Shown piece after piece: positions 58,453 through 64,000 of a DNA stretch of 64,000 nucleotides. Origin of the DNA: an uncultured Acetatifactor sp. (GTDB lineage: Bacteria > Bacillota > Clostridia > Lachnospirales > Lachnospiraceae); NCBI GenBank assembly GCA_947631615.1, contig CANRLX010000008.1:1384-65383 (forward strand), in the 5' to 3' direction. Within the stretch, counting starts at the first letter, position 1; the number at the start of each line of letters is the position of its first letter. A model generated the notes under the pieces. It ran no database searches. It saw only the letters and a program-made list of their open reading frames with translations, and had not been told where the DNA came from. Position numbers and translations under genes: made by a program.

Positions 58453-60284
58453 TTATTTCCCTGACCGCCCTATCGCAGATCCGACTGCCAGCAGGATCCC
58501 CATCCACGTAGCCGCTACAAAAATTTTCATATAGCGCGAGTTGGGCATTGTCCAGTAAGTGATACCGGACAGCATCTGCCCCACCATCTTTTGATCATTG
58601 AGCGTCATTTCACCATACTCCGTCAAGGGCGTCTCTCCGTTTTTTGTGACATAGAACTGCACCGGTTTCGTTATGCCTTTCATCTGCAGATCAAGCCGAT
58701 ACGTTTTTCCCCCTTGCAACTTCCATTTCACTTCTTTCCCCTGTAGGTTTCCCTCAAAGTCCTGTACCGGCAGCGCATCCCGATATAACAGGGTATCCGC
58801 ATCCCAAAGGGAAATTTCACAAACGCCCTTCCCTCCCATACTCTCCAGTCCAAAACGAATTTTCCGGATCTCATTAAAAGAAGGAGTAAACGCTGCCTCG
58901 ACCCGATCGCCGTCCCCTAACGCCACTGTGTCATATTCCAGATACCCGTTCAGTACCCCCAATTCTTCCTTTGTGAGCATGGTAAGCGGAATGGCCAGAA
59001 TAACCGCCAGAATACAGACGGCCGTCGGGACTATGCGCTCCTTCCTCGCCGCCCCCGCCCTTTTTTCGTGGTTCGGAACGTTGGAAAGGATCATCGCCAT
59101 AAACGCCAATATGCTGATTCCAAAAATCCGATAGGTAAAAAAATGGTGAGCGGACGTATGATCCGCCAAAACAAAATACCAGACGACACCGGATGCCCCT
59201 ATGAGCAGAAATGCACCGCACCGACGGTCGCTCTGCCCCCCCTGGCAAGCAATTTATAAAACCAGTACAGAAGCCATACTCCCAAAAGCAGCGCAAACAT
59301 TGGATAACTGTAATGCTTCCAGTTCATATATACGGCCTGCAGACGCGCCAAAAAAGTAAATTCTGTCCCCTTTTGGACACCGGAACGGATAAACACTTCC
59401 TCTATCGCCGCCGCAAACACGTTTTGTTTTAAAAGCAAAGAAGCAAATGCCCATTTGGTCATCCACAGAAAGGCATATCCGGCTATCCAGAAAAATCCTG
59501 TGGCGATCACCTGCTTTACCCATACGAACGCCCCTTTTTCCTCTGCGTCCATCACTATCCACCAGAGCAAAGGCACACCCCAGGTCAAAAGCGGATAAGT
59601 CAGCAGATCAAAATAGCTGGTGCACATTCCCAACACCATAAAGAAAAATAAGAAGCGTTCTTTCTCCTGAAAAAAGCGCTGATTTCGTAAAAGCACCCAC
59701 GTGCCAATATATGCGATGTAAAAGATCCAGGTAAACTGCAGAGACATAGCCAGCGCAAACGGCGACATTAACACATACGAGGTTATCAGCATAAATACAT
59801 AGCGAATGTCTTTCTTTTTGGAAATCAGCAGTGCCAGCATAACCACCAAAAAAAGCTGGCAAATCCCGTTAAGGGTCCGTATCTCCGTATAGTCGAACAG
59901 CAAAAACAGGGGCCGAAGCAGCGCTACATATCCATGCCAATAATAATTATAATATCCACTCCACTGATTATGCGATTCCATCGCCCGTATCAGCGGATTC
60001 CCCTCACTATTATCCAAAGCGGTATATAGGATGATCCGCTCCGAGGAATCGTCCAGCACATCCGGAAAGAGCGAATAAAAGTAGGTGTCCAGGGATCCGC
60101 TTGTAATAGAGGCGCGCGGATACCATCCCTCCCACTCTAATATATCATAGGACGCATCCCGGTTTTCCGTGTTGACGGGCAGCATATACGCCAGCGTCAA
60201 AAGCATCGTCCCTACAATTCCTCCCGTGAGGATCAGCAGTATGCCTTTTCCCATTTTCTCCAGTATTTTAACAATGCTTTTCAT
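58453..60284 (-). pseudogene. polytopic membrane protein (putative GT-C-like surface glycan modification enzyme), frameshifted at a G7 tract
   Basis: ORFs 59199-60284 and 58453-59169 join in frame if the run at 59236-59242 is G8 (or G5). Motifs YYWHGY..LRPL, FDLLTYP, DHT..HHFFTYR. Confidence 0.7.
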
Positions 60285-60397
60285 GCCATTTTTCTCCCTT
60301 TGCTCTCGGATAACTCTCGCCCTTGCCGCAAATTTTTCCGGTAAGATTTTCTGATATCTATTATATATAATATAACAATAAAACTCAACGGCCTTTT

Positions 60398-62101
60398 CTA
60401 GTTCCTTAACGCGCTGACAGGCACTATTTCATCCGCCAATGCGATTGTTGACGGCCGGTGCGCAATCATGATCGTGGTGCGGTTTCTGCACACTCTGGCC
60501 AGGGCTTCATTTACCAGTCTCTCCGATTGATTGTCAAGGGCGGAGGTCGCCTCATCCAACAGCAAAATCGGCGCGTTTTTCAGCACTGCCCTAGCGATCG
60601 CAATACGCTGCCTTTCTCCTCCGGAAAGGGTGTTGCCCCTCTCGCCGGGAACGGTTTGGTAACCGTCCGGCAATGCCAGGATAAACTCATGGGCGTTTGC
60701 CGTCTTTGCCGCCTCCACAATGTCCTCCATGGGGACTTCCTCCGGCGGCACGGGACTTCTTCCGTAGGCAATATTCTCCGCAATGCTCACTCCGTACAGA
60801 TACGGCTCCTGAGGGACATACGCGATCAGCTTTCTCATCTCTGTCAGAGTACTGTTTCTCTGTGACTTATTCAAAAGCTTGATCTCGCCTTCCTCCACCG
60901 GATAAAAGCCCAACAAAAGCTTCGCCAGCGTGCTCTTTCCCTTTCCGGATTCCCCTGTGACCGCCACACAGGTTCCTGGTTTTACCTTCATTGTAAAGTC
61001 CTCTAATACCTTGCTGTCTCTTCCATAACCGAAGGTGATATGATCCACGGAAACAGCATAGGCACTGTCTGCCTCTCCCGTAGGATTCTGTTCGGAATTT
61101 TCCTTTTTCTTTTCCAAATACCGTGCGGGTTCTTCCTCCTGCTGTAAAAAATCATACAGATTCTCAACATTGGCGAGACAATTCACCATCTGCGGAAGAT
61201 ATTTCCCGATATCGAGAAAGACATATTGAAAGGATCCGTAGATCGTATAGATCGCCGTCAGCGCTCCCAGCGTAATCTGATCCGTGGAGACAAACCAGAC
61301 TCCCAGACCCAGAAACGCCAGGGCTCCCATCAGACTGAACATGCAGTTCAAACTCTCCAGCGCCGCACTTATCCGGTTTGTTTTCTTTTCCGCGGCAAAA
61401 CAACTGTCATTGGTATTCAAAAAGGAAGTCCGTATCTTGTTCCCCACGGGAAATATCTTGATCAGCTCCATTCCGGCGAGCATGTCTGACAAATGCTGCG
61501 TCATTTTCCCATTTTCCGCTGCAAGCTTAGCGCCCACAGCCTTCATTGGCTTCAGGAAACGGCTGTTGACCAAAAAAGAAAGAGCGCTCAGCAGAAACAG
61601 GCATAAGGTGAGCTTGGGACTGTAGTACAGCATAGGAACCAGATAGACAAAGGATTCTATCACCGCCGACGACAGTCTGCGCAGACGAGAGCTGTAAATA
61701 TCGTTTGCCCGCTCTGTGTCAAATATAAGCCTTGCCATAAACTCGCCGCTGTGATGGCCTTCGTAATAGGCATAGGGCAGGCGCATCGCCTTTGAAAATA
61801 CCATTTTTTCAACCTTTGCGGCGCCTCGTCTGCCCTCGATATTGTATCGGATGATCGCCATTCTCCACAGCCACCAGCCAAAACAAAACGCAAGAAACTG
61901 TATGGCCACTCTTGATACAAGCCCTCTGGTGTCTCCGGTTTGCGCCGCCGTCACTATGCTTTCCACGACCCAGGCGACCGCAACCTTGCGAAAACCGGTG
62001 CCCAGGGAGGAGACAGCAATGGCCGCCAAATAAATGGGAAGCCGTATTCCCATAAGTCCCATAAACCAGAAAAACAAATTCCTCTTTCTCTCAGGTCGCA
62101 T
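60398..62101 (-). CDS. ABC exporter, fused TMD-NBD (pair B, gene 2)
   Basis: GESGKGKST, LSGGERQR, LLDEATSALD, IAHRPST. Confidence 0.92.
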   Translation of the reverse strand: MRPERKRNLFFWFMGLMGIRLPIYLAAIAVSSLGTGFRKVAVAWVVESIVTAAQTGDTRGLVSRVAIQFLAFCFGWWLWRMAIIRYNIEGRRGAAKVEKMVFSKAMRLPYAYYEGHHSGEFMARLIFDTERANDIYSSRLRRLSSAVIESFVYLVPMLYYSPKLTLCLFLLSALSFLVNSRFLKPMKAVGAKLAAENGKMTQHLSDMLAGMELIKIFPVGNKIRTSFLNTNDSCFAAEKKTNRISAALESLNCMFSLMGALAFLGLGVWFVSTDQITLGALTAIYTIYGSFQYVFLDIGKYLPQMVNCLANVENLYDFLQQEEEPARYLEKKKENSEQNPTGEADSAYAVSVDHITFGYGRDSKVLEDFTMKVKPGTCVAVTGESGKGKSTLAKLLLGFYPVEEGEIKLLNKSQRNSTLTEMRKLIAYVPQEPYLYGVSIAENIAYGRSPVPPEEVPMEDIVEAAKTANAHEFILALPDGYQTVPGERGNTLSGGERQRIAIARAVLKNAPILLLDEATSALDNQSERLVNEALARVCRNRTTIMIAHRPSTIALADEIVPVSALRN

Positions 62102-63848
62102 TTGCCGTCACATCCTTTCCATACAACTCTGCATAAATACCTTTTTTCCTGAAAAGCATATCGTGTGAACCGCTTTCCGCTATCCTTCCGTCCCTTAACA
62201 CATAGATACGATCCACATTCTTAACGGTAGAAAGCCTGTGCGCAATGACGATCACCGTTTTGTCTTTGGCTATTTTAATAATCGCCTCCTGAATCTCCTT
62301 TTCGGTGTCCGTGTCGACCGCCGAGGTGGGCTCATCCATAAGCAGGATCGGCGCGTTTTTTAAAAACGCTCTGGCAATGGATATCCTCTGTTTCTCCCCG
62401 CCAGACAGCCGGATCCCCCTCTCTCCCACCTGCGTGTCATAGCCCTCCGGAAGACTCAGGATAAATTTGTGGATATTTGCCGCTTTGCAGGCCTCCACTA
62501 CCTCCTCCATGGACGGATTTTGCTTTCCGCACGCGACATTTTCCCCAATGCTTCCGGAAAACAAAAACACGTTTTGAGACACGACGGAATAGCACGCTCT
62601 CGCCTTCTGCAGATCCCAATACTCAATGGGTTTTCCGTACAGTCGGTAGCTGCCCTTTCCTTTTTCATACAATCCGCAAAGAAGTTTGAATATCGTGCTT
62701 TTCCCCTCTCCGGAACCTCCTACAAACGCCACCTGTTCTCCCTGTTTTATTTCAAAAGATACCCCGTCGAGCACAGGTCTGTCAGGCTGATAGGCGAAAC
62801 AAACCTGTTCCCAGGAAATAACAGACGGACATTCCTCCTTTAAGTATCTCAGGCCTTCCGATTTCCGCGAATGTTCTTCCTCGGGCGCCGCCTCATAGAT
62901 TTCCTCCAGCCGGTCCATGGCAACCTTAACGGAACGGATATCCGTCAGGCAGAAAATAATACCGCTCAAGGGATAAATCATTCTGCCAAGCAAAACGGTA
63001 AACGCAAGCATCTGACCCGCTGTTATTCTGCCCGAAAGCACCTCAAAAAGGGCAAAAAAATAACAGGCCACCTCCGGCACCGAGGTGATGATCCCTTTCA
63101 ACAGCCAGCCCATCGAGCTGATTCTGGTGCTTTTACAGGCATGATCTGCATTTTCATCTATCACGGCATTGATACGTCCGCACAGGATCCCATAAAGATC
63201 ATAGCTTCTGCCGACCGCGATTCCCTGAATGGCATCGTATGCGATCTGCGTTCTTTTGTCGATCCCGCTCCGGAATTTTTTCAGGATTCTAAAAAGCCTT
63301 TTGGACAGCTTATCCGCGGCAATAAGCATCACGGGATAGCTTGCAAACAAGATCAGGAGCAGACGGCTATCCAGCCGCGTAAAGTAAACGGTAATGGTGG
63401 CAACCGTCGCAATATTCACCAAAAGCTCCGGAAATATCTCGGAAAAAAATTTTCCGGTCTCCCCGATGTCGGAGAAAAATCTGGTCATAATACTTCCGGA
63501 ACCCTTTTCGTCAAAATAAGAAAAGGGAAGTCGGAGCAGATGCTCTCCCAGTTTTTTTCTCACGTCCCTCTGCACCAGAACGCTGTAGTGATTTCCGCTC
63601 AGGCTTTTCCCATATGCCGCCAGACTGCCAAAAAGAATTATCACCGCCAGCGGGTACAGAAAGGTATGGCAAAAATCTTCAAATGCCAGCATATCTCCGG
63701 CAAGCACACCGTCTGCCGCCTGTGCAATATAATGGTTTCCGACGACAATAAGCTCACTCAGCACAACGGACAAAATCATATAAATTATCAAAAAACCGAT
63801 ATGTTTTACACTGACCTGCCAAAACAGTTTTTTGCTTAATTCTGCCAT
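62091..63848 (-). CDS. ABC exporter, fused TMD-NBD (pair B, gene 1)
   Basis: GGSGEGKST, LSGGEKQR, LMDEPTSA. Start MAELSK at 63848. Confidence 0.9.
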   Translation of the reverse strand: MAELSKKLFWQVSVKHIGFLIIYMILSVVLSELIVVGNHYIAQAADGVLAGDMLAFEDFCHTFLYPLAVIILFGSLAAYGKSLSGNHYSVLVQRDVRKKLGEHLLRLPFSYFDEKGSGSIMTRFFSDIGETGKFFSEIFPELLVNIATVATITVYFTRLDSRLLLILFASYPVMLIAADKLSKRLFRILKKFRSGIDKRTQIAYDAIQGIAVGRSYDLYGILCGRINAVIDENADHACKSTRISSMGWLLKGIITSVPEVACYFFALFEVLSGRITAGQMLAFTVLLGRMIYPLSGIIFCLTDIRSVKVAMDRLEEIYEAAPEEEHSRKSEGLRYLKEECPSVISWEQVCFAYQPDRPVLDGVSFEIKQGEQVAFVGGSGEGKSTIFKLLCGLYEKGKGSYRLYGKPIEYWDLQKARACYSVVSQNVFLFSGSIGENVACGKQNPSMEEVVEACKAANIHKFILSLPEGYDTQVGERGIRLSGGEKQRISIARAFLKNAPILLMDEPTSAVDTDTEKEIQEAIIKIAKDKTVIVIAHRLSTVKNVDRIYVLRDGRIAESGSHDMLFRKKGIYAELYGKDVTANAT

Positions 63849-64000
63849 TTGATCTGCCCCCTTGTCCCTATTTTTTTCTCCGCGTAACGATTGCCTTTCT
63901 CGATTTGCCCGATGCGCCAGCACTCGGAAAACTGTCCTATAAGCTCCATCGCCGCCTCGCAATTTTGCTCCGCCACGATCACAACCATACCGATTCCCAT
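63836..64000 (-). CDS. purM: C-terminus of a PurM-like (AIR synthase family) protein, partial
   Basis: Manual translation gives MGIGMVVIV...WRIGQI..., matching the PurM C-terminal (FN)MGIGMV and IGxI motifs. Only 54 aa are visible. Confidence 0.6.
   Translation of the reverse strand: MGIGMVVIVAEQNCEAAMELIGQFSECWRIGQIEKGNRYAEKKIGTRGQIKWQN

Overview
Chromosomal window from a spore-forming gut Clostridia-type bacterium, probably Lachnospiraceae (inferred from gene content and protein style). It holds about 60 CDS and two tRNAs (Pro-CGG, Gly-GCC). Most genes are housekeeping or metabolic: LTA synthase, GH3, GH5, rRNA modification enzymes, pgi, murG, luxS-mtnN and perR-rubrerythrin. Accessory content includes: (i) an AT-rich patch at about 14.35-15.1 kb keeping only the C-terminal part of an Rpn/PD-(D/E)XK 'transposase' gene, with an internal RBS+ATG resembling an RpnS antitoxin; (ii) a two-component system upstream of a VTC-domain/DUF4956/Cthe_2159-lipoprotein operon; (iii) a FecR-domain + CHASE2 class III adenylate cyclase pair and a GAF/HD-GYP phosphodiesterase, on either side of a mosaic 32-40 kb island (tandem Cro/C1 HTH paralogs, XRE regulator, BceRSAB-like module, gene fragments); (iv) an orphan minimal flagellin with a sigma-A-like promoter; (v) two paralogous ABC-exporter gene pairs 40 kb apart, one directly behind a purM-like gene; (vi) a polytopic membrane protein gene frameshifted at a G7 tract; and (vii) recurrent short tandem-repeat expansions in 5' UTRs and start regions. 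I found no CRISPR array, integrase or intact transposase. All calls come from motif recognition by eye; no database searches were run.
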